Source of the DNA: Felis catus
Taxonomy: Eukaryota
Direction: 5' to 3'
NCBI RefSeq assembly: GCF_018350175.1
Contig: NC_058368.1
Span: 155,622,001 to 155,686,000 of the forward strand
DNA: 64,000 nt
The notes beneath the pieces were generated by a model. The model saw only the letters and a list, made by a program, of their open reading frames with translations, was not told the DNA's origin and did no database searches. A program made the position numbers and the translations under genes. Positions within the stretch are counted from its first letter, which is position 1. The number at the start of each line of letters is the position of its first letter. Shown piece by piece: positions 24,743 to 38,904 of this stretch.

Positions 24743-27624
24743 AAGATGCAGTTTAGAAGTGACCTGATGGTGAAACCTACTCCCGCGTAGAGTTAGTTCC
24801 TGCTTTTGTAGTGCTCCCCTTATTTGATATATGTATGTTTTTACTATAACATTTATCAGTAATTTTTATTTTATGTCTCTCACCCTCCATCTAGAGTGTG
24901 AGGTACTTAAGGGCATGTAGGTGTTATAAAAGCCTGGAACATAATAGAACCCTGACTGATACACTGTTTAATAAGTGTTTGCTGAATGAGTGAATGAATT
25001 CTCACCTTTACAATTCTGAGAGTAAAGCACATTTAGTTCCAGAGTAACAACAAGAAACTTGACCCTCTCAGGAGCATCTCTATTCTTTCTCTCTTGTACT
25101 AGAACAAGACCCTTAAACACGAGATTGGGGGCAGTAGTACTGTGAGACTAAATTTAACACAACACTACAGGTAACAACGTCATAGATGTGACCTTGAAGC
25201 AATGGTAAAGGGAAGAAGAGTTGGGAAGTCAACTGCCATCTTTGTATGCGATTGTTGTCTGCATCTCAACTGTAGCCTCGGCTAGAATGTATGCTGGTAA
25301 AGAGCAAGGTCCTTGTCTGTCTAGTTCAGTGCGAGATCCTCACCACCTGAAAGTGTATCTGGCACAGAGGAGGAAGCTAATCAATACCTCTTTAATGTTA
25401 AAGAAATGAATCGGTGTAGCATTAATGATGAGAAGACATCCATATTTGCTTTAAGTTAGGTTTCAAGATGACAGTCTACCAAAAATAGTTTACAAGATAC
25501 AACATTTCACTTAAGAATAATTTTGCTGTTATCTTTCCAGGTATACACGCATGCTATTCCTTTTTCAAAATTACAAAGCAACCAGTGTCTGCTAAACAGA
25601 ATGGAAAGTGGATCACAAAGAGGAATAAGAGACAGCAATTATATAAATTAAAACCCACATATTGAAACCAGCCCATTTGCAGGAGAGAACCACAGAGAAA
25701 AGGTTCATTAGTTGTCTAAAAACAATAGCTGGAGAAAAATATTTTTAGTGAATTGGAAAAAAAAAGTGAATTCAAGTAAATTTGAGGAAACATTATACTA
25801 AATGAGTGAAAACATAGTAGCTAAAAACATTTCCTAAATGAAAAAGTAAAGCTATATTAACTTGATGGGTTTTAAAATTAACTTGGGTGCTTTCAATTAA
25901 GGCTTTCTCTGTACTTGGGCAGATTTCATCAGCCAACATGCCTATCTCCCGTTAATGCATGTGGGCCGCCACAAATAAAAGCCCATATTCTTAAGAGAAG
26001 TCTTGACATCTCCATAAAATTATATTTAATATGCTAGGGAAATGGAGTGATCAGGGGGAAAAAAAAAACAAACAGGAGCATATTTGGTTGGAAGAGAAAA
26101 CAGAGATCAGAAGAAGGCAGGTGATGGGTATGCCCAAGACAACCAGCAATGCTTGGGCTGGGGCGCTTGAAAGGCTAATCCATCACCTTCAACAAATACA
26201 GAGACCTCTTAGTGAGTGATTAGATTACAATGTACGAAGCAGGCCAGTCTTATCCATAGGGAATTACAAAGTAAGGATAAGAAACACATGGTCCCAGGCT
26301 CCTGTGTATTTATAATCTAAATGGGGAAGAAGAAAAACTGTCAGGAGAACAGGACAGCTACATTTGCTCAAAGAGAAGTTAACCATTTTCTATTATTAGG
26401 ATCTTGGGAGTTAAGAGAAGTTGGTTTTTAAGCAGAAATGCACAAAGCACCAGGATTTGTATTATTAGGCTCTCCGTAAGTATTCTCTATTCTAAGACAG
26501 CAAAACCGGCTGCCAAGATCCACTAATGGTAAGAAGCAGGAAATTGTGGAGGCAAAGTTAATAATAAACATTCTTATAGGGCTTGCTTCAAGTTTCATCC
26601 CTTTGGGAAGTTTTGCCCATACACTGGGGACCACAGTGGTCTCCCTTGGCCCCGAACTTACTGCATTTCCACTTAGATAAATTGGCAGCCTTAAAAGTTA
26701 GCTGGAGTTTCATGTCTTACCTCCCCACCTAGGAGATATGATATCTCCTATGGACATTATAGACACCATTCTTTTTGTACTTATGGGCCAAAGCATGTGC
26801 TAATGCATGAGCTATCCACAGTGTTCTCAGTATGGTATGTGCATAAAGACACCTGGATGTGGAGGAGATCCGGCTTTCACTCACACTATCCTGTTGATCA
26901 GTTATCTTATTGGCTAGGAAGGTGATCTTCGCTTCCTCATCTCTCCAAATAACACCGCTCCCAAAGCTGCTCATGCTCCAGACAGAGGAGAGGGCTTTGT
27001 TCAAGAATATATGAGAAACGTCATTTCTCTAGCAGAAGAACAAAACCAAAACAAAACAAACATTTTGAATGTAATTAAATCAACAGAGTAGACTGGGAGA
27101 TCTAAGAATGATGAACAAGTCAGGCAGAGAGGGTAAGGCAGGTTGGATGGTGCTATTTTCAGAGTTTCCTCCACTCGGCAGGTGTCCTAATAACCTAGCA
27201 CTGACCATGCATCAGGGTGTAAAGGCACTGTTCACCTGAAGGGCAGGTGTAGGTCCCCAAGAACCACATTAGTCAAGGAGCAGGACAAAAGGCAAAGGTA
27301 GGAGACAAGATCCAAGCACTCGGAGGTTTGTTTCTCTCTGGGTCTAGGAAGTAAAGTCAGGCATCCAGGAAAACTGTGGCAACTGAGGATAGTAAGGAAA
27401 GATGCCTCGCAACTTCCAGTGAGAGAGTCAACACCACACATTACAACAATTTAGTTCATTGAAAACTACCTCAAAATACATGGAAATGATTAAACCGTTA
27501 AACCTTTGTGTGGATTTTTAAGTAAAAAAGTGCATTAAGACAAAGTGAGGCATCAAAGATAAATTAAGCAATTAAGACATAAGTGTACCTGCAGGTAAAG
27601 TGCACAGAATAATACTGAAGTTGT

Positions 27625-27740
27625 GAGGCACCTGAGTGGCTTAGTCAGTTTTGCGTCTGGCTCAGGTCATGATTTCACCGTTTGTGGGAGCCCCGCATTA
27701 GGCTCTGTGCTGACAGCTCAGAGCCTGGAGTCTGCTATGG

Positions 27741-27780
<40 letters not shown>

Positions 27781-27860
27781 CCTCCCCTGCTTGTACTCTT
27801 TCTCTGTCTCTCAAAAATAAATAAACGTTAAAAAATAAAAATGTTAAAAAAGAAATAAAT
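27625..27860 (+). mobile_element. CanSINE with (CT)n and doubled tail
   Basis: gcacctgagtggcttagtcag...ctcaggtcatgat...gctgacagctcagagcctggag; no clear TSD. Confidence 0.88.
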
Positions 27861-30111
27861 GTGTAAAATAGATTAATAGCACTGTTCGGCACAGGAGAGA
27901 GTAGAAGACAAGAACAGGGCGAAAGGACAGCTACTGATGGCCAAACGCTTTACTCATAAAATATGTAGAGAAAAACTAGAATGTAGTAGGACTACCGACA
28001 TAGAATCTCTTCATTATCTTACTTTCAGATTCAGATTATGAAGGGCTTTTTTTGTTGTTGTTGTTACTTCTTTTTGTTATTAAAAAAAATGACTCTGCTG
28101 TGATATAATTGCTGCTTAGAAGTAAAAGTTCATGACACAGATGTAAAACAACCACATAGCCAGAGGCTACAAAGTGGTTTTGCGTATATGGGGAAAAATC
28201 CTTCCATTATATTTTGTAGAGCTGCAGTGTTCATGAACTATGAACTTCCTGTGCTATAAAATAATATTAAATATAAAAACTCTACAGCCTTCACCAGAAG
28301 CCTCAAAGAATTTTAAATGTCTATCTATATAAGGCAGGAAGAGCAACTGAGCTGAGCAGGGCTGAGTTGAAAGGCACTCTGGTGATGAGTCAGGTATATT
28401 CACAGATAGTCACAGATAGATAAAGTGTAAAGGTTCTTGTTATGTCAAGTGGGATTTAAACAAACTTTTTAGCTGAGTTTGCCCTTGTTACACAAGAAAA
28501 GCTTTAAGGATGTTCTTGCATTGATTAGTCTAGTCACTGTTCTTCTGCATTCAAATTTGTACTCTCCTTACACTGTAGAGCAAGAGACACACAACTTGTT
28601 TAATGAAAAATATTCCATTATGTTGAGTAGTAAAATACACCTAACAGAAATGACAACTTATGACCAATGAAACCAGTAATTCAGGAGGTGACATGGCTTC
28701 AGAGAAGTAAATGAGAAGTAGAGGAGAATTTCTGTTTATAGGAGATAAGTCTTTTAGGCACTGTATTTTTTTTTTTTTTTTTTTGTTAAAGAAATTCCAA
28801 ATTAATTGATCTTGGTGCCATTACCATCGCAATATTTGGAGTCTCTGAATTTCCCTGGAATCTCCTTAGGAAACTATGAACTAAAGCAGAACTAACAGAG
28901 ACACTTATATCTTTTCTGGAAAAATGAACACTTATGTTTAGTAACATGAAATGCAATAACGACCACGGAAAAGAGGTAGTACCAGACTTAAAATTTTAAG
29001 TTCCAACACAGTAACTCTATCTAAATATATAAATTAAAAACTCCTTTTAGCATTTTAAACCCGACAAAGTCCCTGGTTTCAGACAGTGAGGTAGTAAGTC
29101 AAGTTATTACCTGAATCCTCCTCAAAGTCATCTCACTATGATTCCAAAGGTCTTAAAGAGAACCAACCAGGCTATCAACATCTCTTCTGAGCAGAACACT
29201 CATGCCCAAACCCACATTTATTTCTCTAGAGTTCACTGCAGCTCTCAGTAGCCTGTTCTCCATTCTAGGTGTGTGCACATAACATCAGGCAGATGAAGGT
29301 TTCATCTTCTGAAAGCCTCAGAACTCTAGGAAGCAATTATGTCAAAGCAGCTATGTGTGAATGGAGAACTGAAAGCAAGATTTCAATTATCATTATGTAT
29401 TTAATGAAAATTTAATGGTTTTTTGGAATGTCCAACTCTACATTTACATGGCTCCAGAAGTATAAAAAGGTATATAGTGAAAATGCACAGCATTTATTTT
29501 TAATTTTTATTTTGTTGCCAATCATGGCATCATTTCCAAGTGTTAACTTGGTTAACTTCCAGCTAGAATTTTACATTTTGCTTACACAGAATTTCTTGTA
29601 ATAATTTAAATTCAAGAAAGACATTTGTCTTCTATGATTGACAGGAATGTAGATGAAACATAAGGAAGAAACCAATGAATTTAAAGAAGTTTCTCACAGG
29701 GATATGTTCTAGGGCAGGTGTCATTCTGAAAGAAAAACAATTTATTAAAGAACCAAGCGTCTTTCAGGGAGTGTGGAAGAACAGGACATTAGCAAGAAGA
29801 ATGAAAGGGAAAAGGGTCAGCGTGGAATTTTAGTAGATTAAGGACAATGAAGAAATGAGGTTGAATACTAAAGAACAGGCAAACTGAGGATAAATACTGT
29901 ATTTCAATAGAAGATGCATGGGGAGGCTCTAAGAGTTAACGCTGTGAAAAGACATGACTGGAATCAGGACTTAGTCTAGAAAATACAAAGATACAAGCAG
30001 GAGAGAAGTGACAGAAATTTTTTAATTCTCAATATTGAAAAAAACTGAACAATTTCTCTAAAACTGCAGAACTTGACTTGCTGGATAAAACAATTTCTAA
30101 TAATAATAACT

Positions 30112-31211
30112 ATAGGAAGTCCTTGCTCTGCACAGTATAAAATGACTATAAAAAATGACCATGTAAGTTGAAACCATGCACAGTTATAATGACAATCAAT
30201 GGGAAAAACTATGGTTGTTCCATGACCTTAAATTTTTTTTTTTTTTGTCAAAACATAAAAATCCACCTGTGGCCAGCGAAAAGCAAGTAGGGGAATTAAA
30301 AAAAAAATGGTAAAAACAACTGTATTTAGTACACTGTAATTTAAAGCATTAGAAACAGAGGCACCTGAGTGGCTCAGTCAGTTAAGCGTCTGACCTCGGC
30401 TTAGGTCATGATCTTGCAGTACGTGAGTTAGGGCCCCGCATCAGGCTCTGTGCTGACAGTGCAGAGCATGGAGCCTGCTTTGGATTCTGTGTCCTCTCCT
30501 CTACTTGTGCTCTGTCTCGCTCTCTCAAAAATAAATAAATGTTAAAAAGAATTTAAAACATTAGAAACACTGAGAATGAAAATGTTCTATTTCTTGGTAA
30601 AAAACTTACCAAAGTTGTTTAAACAGTGCTTGCCTTCTCCTCATAGAACTTATGATAGAGTTCAAGCAAATCTTTTCTATGCCTTGGCTAATTTTCATAC
30701 TCCTAAGTTGGGATCAGCTTCCAGCATTTTATCCTTCACACTTCCAATGTCGTGAAATACCTCTGAGCATTCATTTCATGTGGAGTGTTTTTTGCTAGCG
30801 TCACTCTCTCCGGGACATCTTCATCTTTTTCGTCACAAACACTTTACAATTTTACTTCCTGCATTCCATTTCTTTGCTGCACTTTCATCTTTGTTGGCCA
30901 GGTCTCTTTTGGTCATCTATTTTTATAAAATGGAAGATAGTACTATCTGTGCATAAACTGAATAACAGATATGCAGTGGCCAGTGAAAAATTAGAAAGAA
31001 GTGATGTGACTGGCTGCTGATCATGATGTGCTTCTGTTATTTACATAGAGATTTGTACTGAATGCAATCATTCCCAGTTAATACATTGGGGTAACTGAAA
31101 TGTGAACCTTGTTTTTGTGTGTGTGTGTGTGGGGGGGGGGGGGGAATTTGGCGTTATTTAACTAAACTATGGTAACTGAAATTTGGGTATTTGGGATCAT
31201 GCAAAGTGAAG
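30112..31211 (-). mobile_element. TcMar-Tigger fossil (Tigger13a-like)
   Basis: Inverted termini agtccttgctctgcacag / catgcaaagtgaagaatgact and Tigger-like internal sequence. Interrupted by a SINE and a (TG)n(G)n run. Confidence 0.65.
30358..30554 (+). mobile_element. CanSINE nested in Tigger
   Basis: TSD aaa(g/a)cattagaaaca at 30343-30357 and 30555-30569. Confidence 0.92.
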
Positions 31212-32254
31212 AATGACTATTTATTGAGCCTCAACTATATGCCAGGAATTTTAACAGTCCTATATGGATGGTTTCACTTAATTCTGACCATAACCCGATG
31301 AGATGGTACTAGTGTTATCCCTATTTTATAGGCAGTGTGATTATAAATCTTCATCTGATCATATTGTACAATTAATTCTCCTACATATTTGGGAGAATAC
31401 AAACTACCCACAGTCATGACAAATCCAAAGCTTTTACTCATAAGTGGTGACTTACTACCATTAAAGAGTTTGAAATGACAAGTAATATATTCATTTGAAA
31501 CAGGTATCTGAAGTAAAAAGTCAGGGTCTCACAATAGCATGGAAGGAAGGTGGACAGTTTCAGAAGATGCACTAACTCTTATGTGGCAGTGGGGTACCAG
31601 TCAATAAAGGAGGATGTCAGGGAACTAAGAATTACTCTTGGGTCCTGAAGGAGTTTACCATATGTCCTTAACTTTCCTCCCCACTCCATATATTTCAATG
31701 AACGCTCTCTATTTAGGAACAAAGAGAATCTTTGCAATAAACAGAAGACTTTGCTAGGAGACCACAAACCCCTTGAGGGGCAAGAGGCACATCTATCAAT
31801 CTTTACACTGTTAGTCTAGACTAGTGCCTAGTACATATTAAGTGCTCAATAAATCTTTACGGAATTAAGGAACACATATTTACAGTTAGTTTCTTGCCTC
31901 AAAACAGCCAAGAATAACTCAAGTTTGTGGAAAGACAGGAAGTTAGACTCTAATCTTAGGGGAAACTAATTAATTAGAAATTATTAATTGGTAAAAATAA
32001 CTAAATTTGGGTTTTCTGAAATTTGGGCTTTGCCACATATGTTGATTTTATATGCTTGATGTTATTTCTGAAGAAAAGCAAAACGAAGTAACTCTGAGAG
32101 ACTGTTCTTCCATATTGGTGCTGCAAAAATTGGAACTACAAAGGTTATAGAAGACTGTACTTTCACTATAAAATTCAAACTGCATATCATCTAATTCCAC
32201 AAGTAGCTTTCCCACCATTTCTCACTAATGTTTCTCAAATATTGGTTATGTTTA

Positions 32255-32472
32255 CTTTAAAAAAAATTTTTAAAGTTTATTTATTTTTGAGAGACAGAGG
32301 GAGACAGAGCACAGAGGAGGGGCAGAGAGAGAGGGAGACACAGAATCCAAAGCAGGCTCCAGGTTCTGAGTTGTCAGCGCACAGCCCAACATGGGGCTCC
32401 AACCCATGAACCGTGAGATCATGCCCTGAGCTGAAGTCAGATGCTTACCTGACTGAGCCACCTAGGTGCCCC
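32255..32472 (-). mobile_element. CanSINE
   Basis: Full body; TSD aaatattggttat at 32237-32249 and 32473-32485. Confidence 0.93.
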
Positions 32473-35400
32473 AAATATTGGTTATATTTAATCACTTGTA
32501 TTTGTGGCCTTAAGTCAACTATCTCTTTTTCAAAGCTTTATCATTTTCCTTGTGGAAACTAAGCAGGAAAGGTATGGCTACTTTGCCACATAAATTAAAA
32601 TGGGAAGAAACACTAAAATTTTTTGAAGGCAATTTACTAAAAGGAAATAAAAGTAAAAATCTGAAATAATTCATATTTGCTTTCTAAACATACCTCAAGT
32701 ATTTGCTAAAATTAGAAGAATCTCTAAGCCAATACTGAATTTAGTCGATTATTAGCAATTTTTAATTTAAGGTCTCTTACAAGAGTCTCATTTATAGAGA
32801 TCTTTGCTATACAAAGCTTAAAACGATGTTTATGTTTCTTTGCCCAAATTTTCAACAAGTAACTTCTAAGTATTTTAGAAATTAAGAAATTATGTAATAC
32901 AACTGAATTCTGTCAAGGACTGTGTCATGAGATTATTCAAAATATCTATACGCTAGCTGGCATAAAATTTCTTTATTTATTGGCATAACATATTGAATAC
33001 TTGGGGTGAGATCCGTATGAGTGAAGGGATATTAATAAACAATATGGACAGAAATTCCATACCAATTCTCAAGGAATATTTAGACATCATGTATCTGTTA
33101 CATCAATTCTAGTACCTAAAAACTGAACTCACTCATCAAATTATCTCTCAAAATTTATCATTAAATAGAACTATTTTCCTCTAAAAAAGGGCTATCTTTT
33201 TAAAAATATGATGAAACAAAAACTTAAAAAAATACTATGACTTCTTTTAAAGTACTGATAACGAACTTAGAACATCTTGGTATTTTATACACTGAAAATA
33301 TCTGGCCTGCCTATGGTACCTAATGTTCACTTTGAATTTTCACCTTGGTACTAATGAATTTATATTTTAGATGTTTCTGATCACTTTTAGAAAGCAATAC
33401 AGTTTTTCTGAAGAGTTCTGTGTTCCAGGTAATTTTGCCAGCAGATTTGTCACTGGTGACTTGATGTCCGTCTCTGACAAGACACACAGAGCTGGCAGGG
33501 TGGGTGCAGATGGAAGCAGACACAGAATGTGTGGCTAAGGGCAGAGACCTTGTGGCTTGAGGGAGGCACAAAGTGCACAAAGAGGAGTGACGGGCCGTGG
33601 ACCCAGGCAAACCACACAGGTCAGGCAGGGAGGGGCGGGCAGAGACGGTGGGCTGGGGGAGATGTGATGCCACAGGCTGCAGACAGAGACTCTAGGTGGG
33701 GGGACTGAAGCCAGGGAGACACAGAAGCCAAAAACTGTAAGGAAAGAATCAGACACAGAGACTAAACCAGATGAGAGACAGAGAGTCAGAGGTCAGAATA
33801 CAGACACAGAGGGAACCATCAAGAGCAGTGACCCAGACCGAAGTGACAGAGGGAAGGAGAAATAGAGGACAAGTGAAGCACAGACAGCCATGGGAAGGGA
33901 GAGCAATACTTAATATACGGTAAGAAGGGTGAACATTTCTGTCTTAGGTACTACTGGCACTGACTTACTTTTCCAACAATCAGGGACACAGCATTAAGAG
34001 CCATGAGACAGTGCTATCGGGACAGTAAATGTAATCGCTCTTACAAATTAACTCAAAATGTATAATTTTCAAGTACAAATACAAATTCATATTATTTGGT
34101 TATTTATCCTAAAGCATTCCAAAAATAGTTTAATTTTTTTTTTATCTTTAAAAGGAAGAGTTAGCTCAGTAAAAGGAGAGTTGTCACCTTTACTGCCAAA
34201 TTCTTTGAAGGATTTCTCGCAAATTGGTTCAGAAAGCTGTAAAAAACATGGTGGCTATTTTTAATTTTTTTTTAAGTGAGATTTTTGAAGTGCAACTAGT
34301 TATATTCTCTGTGATTACTGGAAAACTGAATGAATAAAAAGCAGAGGAAAATATTGGATCTGATTAAGTATATATAATCAGGGAAAATACTAGTGATCTA
34401 CATAAATATCACATATTTAGATAGGTTATTCTAAATGATTCTCTAATCAGTTATTTCCCCAGAATTCCTGATGCTAGATAATTATAATGAATGATTCACT
34501 GAAAACACAAGAATTTCTGGTGGTCAACTTTTAGAATACTCATCCCTTACATTAACTAATAATTATAAGGTAGCATAGAACAATGAATAGGGAAACTAAC
34601 TGATGAATAACAGCTACAAGGCCAATTCTACAGTAATGAACAAAAACTGCCTGAAAAGTGCTATTTAGTTAATGAAAACATCACTTAAAAGGATTAGAAT
34701 GTATATCCTTTGAATGGGAAGAGGAATGCTACAGTTCTTGAGCAGTACACATAGTCAAATAGTGGTACAATATCATAGATGAGAATATGCCTTGAATTTT
34801 AAGTTCTGTTTACAAGGCAAGTATAGATTTTCAATTACCTAATTAATTTGAGCTGTGTCTAAAAACATATTAGACAACTCAACTTGTCTACACATTCTGA
34901 ATGACACCACATCTAGAAGCAATTACTGTTGATTTTTCATTGCTATCTTTAGAAGCAAGTGATTATTCACTAACAAAGAAGAGATACAACTCTTTCATGT
35001 CATTTCCTAAAGATATGTTTTCAGCTGTAAACTGAAGTAAATATTTAGCAAATATTCAGTAAGTTCAGTCACTGTAAAGAGTTAATCTGGACTATTTAAG
35101 CAAAGTAAAATTAGGGTTATGTTAGCAGGTTTTCTACAATTCAAATATACCTAGAAATTACTAATTTTCCACTTTCAGTTCTGGAGGGGGAATGGGGCTT
35201 GACAGGTATGTGTCATCAACAGCCTCCTTCTACATCCAGAACCAAGATGAGGTCATCTAAATATAGTAAGTTTTCAAGTTTAATTCTTAACCCCTAAGAC
35301 ATCTACTATGGTTCTCTTTTTTCCTTTTTCTTTTTTTAATATTTATGCTATTATCTTTCCAATTTTGAGGTGCCCTGATTTATATCAAGTGTTCTAGATA

Positions 35401-36029
35401 AAATGAAATATTAGAGAAAGGCCTGTCTCAAGCTATGACAGACAAGGACAAGGAAAAATGAGATGGATACAAGTTCTGGGAGGAAATAGGTTGACAGGCA
35501 TCACATCTCTAGACTACACAGCTTTAGTGAATCTAGCTTCAGGTATTTCCTTCACAGTAGGTGGAAAAATGAAGCTGTGAGGAGGCAGAGCCTGCCATCC
35601 TTGTGAACCTGGTGCAGAGTGACCACAGGTGTGTCAAAATACTGATCCTTTTACCCTGCAGGTCTCCTGGAAGTGGCTCTGTCCCTTCACCCCTGGACAT
35701 AAGCAACCTTGCCTGTGAAAACCAGGGCACCATATAAATGTTACACTTTTCTATATGTGTAACTCAAGGAAGAGTGGAGTACCTTAATAACTTGCTCATT
35801 CCTATGCTTTATGGTTACCAGAAATCTTAGAGAACTCATAAAATAGATCTGATGAAAAGTTGAGGTTTTCAGGGACCCAGAACAAGAGAATGCTGGGAGG
35901 GAATAAGGGTACAGAATTTTGAGCTCAGTAGGTAGCCTGGAATTTAGGAAGGATCTCTAAAGTCAGATGGGCAAGTACTGTCTTTATCGGTGGGAAGTGG
36001 CTGGAGAGCAGGACTAGAAGGAATGTCCC

Positions 36030-36285
36030 AGAAATGTCATCTTCTCAGTGAGGCCTTCTCTGGCCTCCACCTCCGCATACTTCAAGTCCTCTCTTCCTGC
36101 TTTGTATTTCTCCTACCAATTGCCACTATCTAGCATGCTACATGTTTTCCTCATTTATCTTGTTTACTATTTGTCTCCCCTACTAGAATGCAAGCTCTGT
36201 AAGGGACCTTTATTTGTTGTAATTCATTGCTACCCCCTTGGCACCTGGAACAACATCTAGACCGCAGTAAATGTTTGCTGAATGA
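36030..36285 (+). mobile_element. LINE-2 3' end
   Basis: aaatgtcatcttctcagtgaggccttctct...ctagaatgcaagctct...gtaaatgtttgctgaatgaa. Confidence 0.75.
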
Positions 36286-38559
36286 AGGTGTGCCGACTGA
36301 ACACACACACCCAGAGAGGCATGTAGGGAGCACAGTTGCTTTCATCCTGTATTTTCTATCTTTCTGTGACTCTGGTTTCTGTGAAATATTTTGTGACCCT
36401 TATCAGTGTCATAGAGCACAAACGAAAATATGAACAACTAAGTTATTTGTTGTTTAAGATTAGAATTAGAGACGGGAAAGGAAGGGACAATATGTCTGCA
36501 AATGCTTTTTCATTCCCATATGATTAAAATAATAATAGTTTTAAAATGATAGCCTTAAATTCTAAAATGACGAATGAGAATATACAGTACCACATTAGGT
36601 TTTTACAGAGCTTTCTTTCTGATGAACTCAAAATGTCCCTCCGGATACCACACAAATTATTCTTACATTTCTACAAGATAAGTGAGGTGGATACTTGCTG
36701 TTGCCATTTCATAACAGACATACAAACAACGAGAATGTGGGCTATACAATAAACGATAAACATAGGTCCTACTAACCTGTTATATAATTTCTTGAATAAC
36801 AGTGTTTTTAACTGGCTGATTTTACTAGTAGGAAACACCACTAATAGGGGTGGGGCAAATAGTCTGTTGACAGATATTCAAGACCCTTCAAATATTCACC
36901 ATTCCCTATATGATAAGTGAAAAGTCAGATTTCATTTTAAGTATAAGGTACAACACTGCCAACTTCTAAGTGTGGAGTTATCAAGTGTAATATTTGTTTT
37001 CAAAAGAAAAATAAAAACAACATGACTATACTGATAATAATGACCATGGATGTGTTAAATACAACTTAAAAATTTTATTGTACCTGTTTTTAAAATACAT
37101 ATATATTCACAGATAAATAACAGTGATAAAATGAATCTACTATGAACAACAGATCTATTTTTTTGTAAAGGGAAACATATTCAGCAATGAAGGAAAAATA
37201 CCGTCTTAAATGAGTATGTATTTTTACAGGCAATTTCACTGTGATGACCACAGACTTTAGTCAAACAATAAAAACAATATTGCTTAAGAAAAACTTTATA
37301 AATTAGAAAGATGGGGGAAAAAAAGACTTCACTAAATTGAATGCAGAGTCTAGATATCCATTATTAACTTGGGCTTGGAGAATTTTAGGTGTTTCCAAGG
37401 TACAGCAACAAGCTTTGGTTATTTCCATTTGAACTTCCTGCCATCCCTCAAGTGCCATCACCTCAATCAAGTAGGCCATAGAATAGTTTTATCCTCTCTT
37501 GCCCTTAACTGATTTCCTCCTCCAGCTCCTCTATATTTTGGTAATGTTTTCATTATCCCAGTTACTTCTCATTCTAGCTTACTGTTGTCTTCTCCCTCTC
37601 ACTGAGCCTCCACGTGCAATCTATTTGCCAACAGGGAGTGCAGATTCTCCCCGAGTCATATTTGTCATCTCTCTCCTTTCCTGTCTGTTCCAATTGCCAC
37701 CAATCCAGTTCACCCCATCCGCTTCTACTAGCGTTATCGTCATGGCCGGCTGAGTCTGCTGCCTCCAGGTTCGTGCTTCTTTCTTTTATCCATTTATTAA
37801 ATTAATCTTCTTCAAAATCCCATTTTGATCATGTCATACCACTTGTTCAACATTTTTAAAGAACTGTTTGAGAGAAATCATTGATTTTGACTGAAAAACT
37901 GTTCAGTTTTTATAAGTACGTGTGGAAAATGCTGGGGGTTTGGCCCTCTTTTCTCATGATGCCAGTTTCAAAGGGAGGAATCTACCACTAGCAGAGGTCC
38001 AGGAAACAGTTCTTTTTAATTTTTTTTTTATTTTGGGGGGAGAAAAGATAGTCATGATAAGTTATTGTTTACTGCTATGCCCCCAACTTCCAGAATAGTA
38101 CCTGGAATATAATAAGTGATAGAAAAACATTTGAGGAATAGATAGATATATGCTGGGGAGTGAACATGAAATCTCCTTCTGAGTTAAGCCAAGTTTTTTG
38201 GAATAAAAACCCAAAGGGAATAGAAAAGTTACAGGGAGCAGCAAATTCTGTCCTAAGAAAAATAAGAGCTACATAGTGAGAAGACTTAGTGATCAAATGA
38301 TATAGTGTGCAAATGTGATAAAGAAGAAACTTAACATCTTTTCTCTGATACATTGTACAGCAAAGTCTAATGAGGCAGTCAGGGAACAAGGCTAGGAATG
38401 AATTATCTTCAATGAACTTTTTACTGCCTTTTTAGAAAGCTGCTCTTAAATCCTAAGATATCAGAGCAGGATGAGCCTTATAAGGCTTTAGCCCCCAAAA
38501 AGCTTCTGTTGGTTTCTACATAGGCTTGAGCGGTCACCAGAGGTGCAGTTTAAATCTGT

Positions 38560-38900
38560 TGTATAAATTACTTACTCCTGAAGAATTAACCCCAAAACTG
38601 GGCAGCTTAAAAGATACACATTGAGCACACACAGCTTCTGTGGGTTAGGAATCTGAGTGTGGCTTAGCTGAGTAGCTGGCATAGGGTCTCACCATAATCA
38701 AAGAGTTGGCTGTATCTCAAGGCTGATCTGTGAGAGAATCCTTTTCAAAGGTCACACACCTGGCTGAGGGCAGGCCTCAGGTACTCACTGACTCCTGGCC
38801 AGAGCCACCAATTCTTTGCCACATGGGCCTCTGCACAGAGCAACTCACAATACAGCAGTTGGCTTCCATCAGAGAGATCCAAGTCAGAGGACAAGAGCGA
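38560..38900 (-). mobile_element. MaLR LTR fragment (MLT1F-like)
   Basis: accccaaaactgggcagcttaaaa...ttctgtgggttaggaatctgagtgtggcttagctgagt...ttgccacatgggcctct. Confidence 0.7.
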
Positions 38901-38904
38901 GCCT

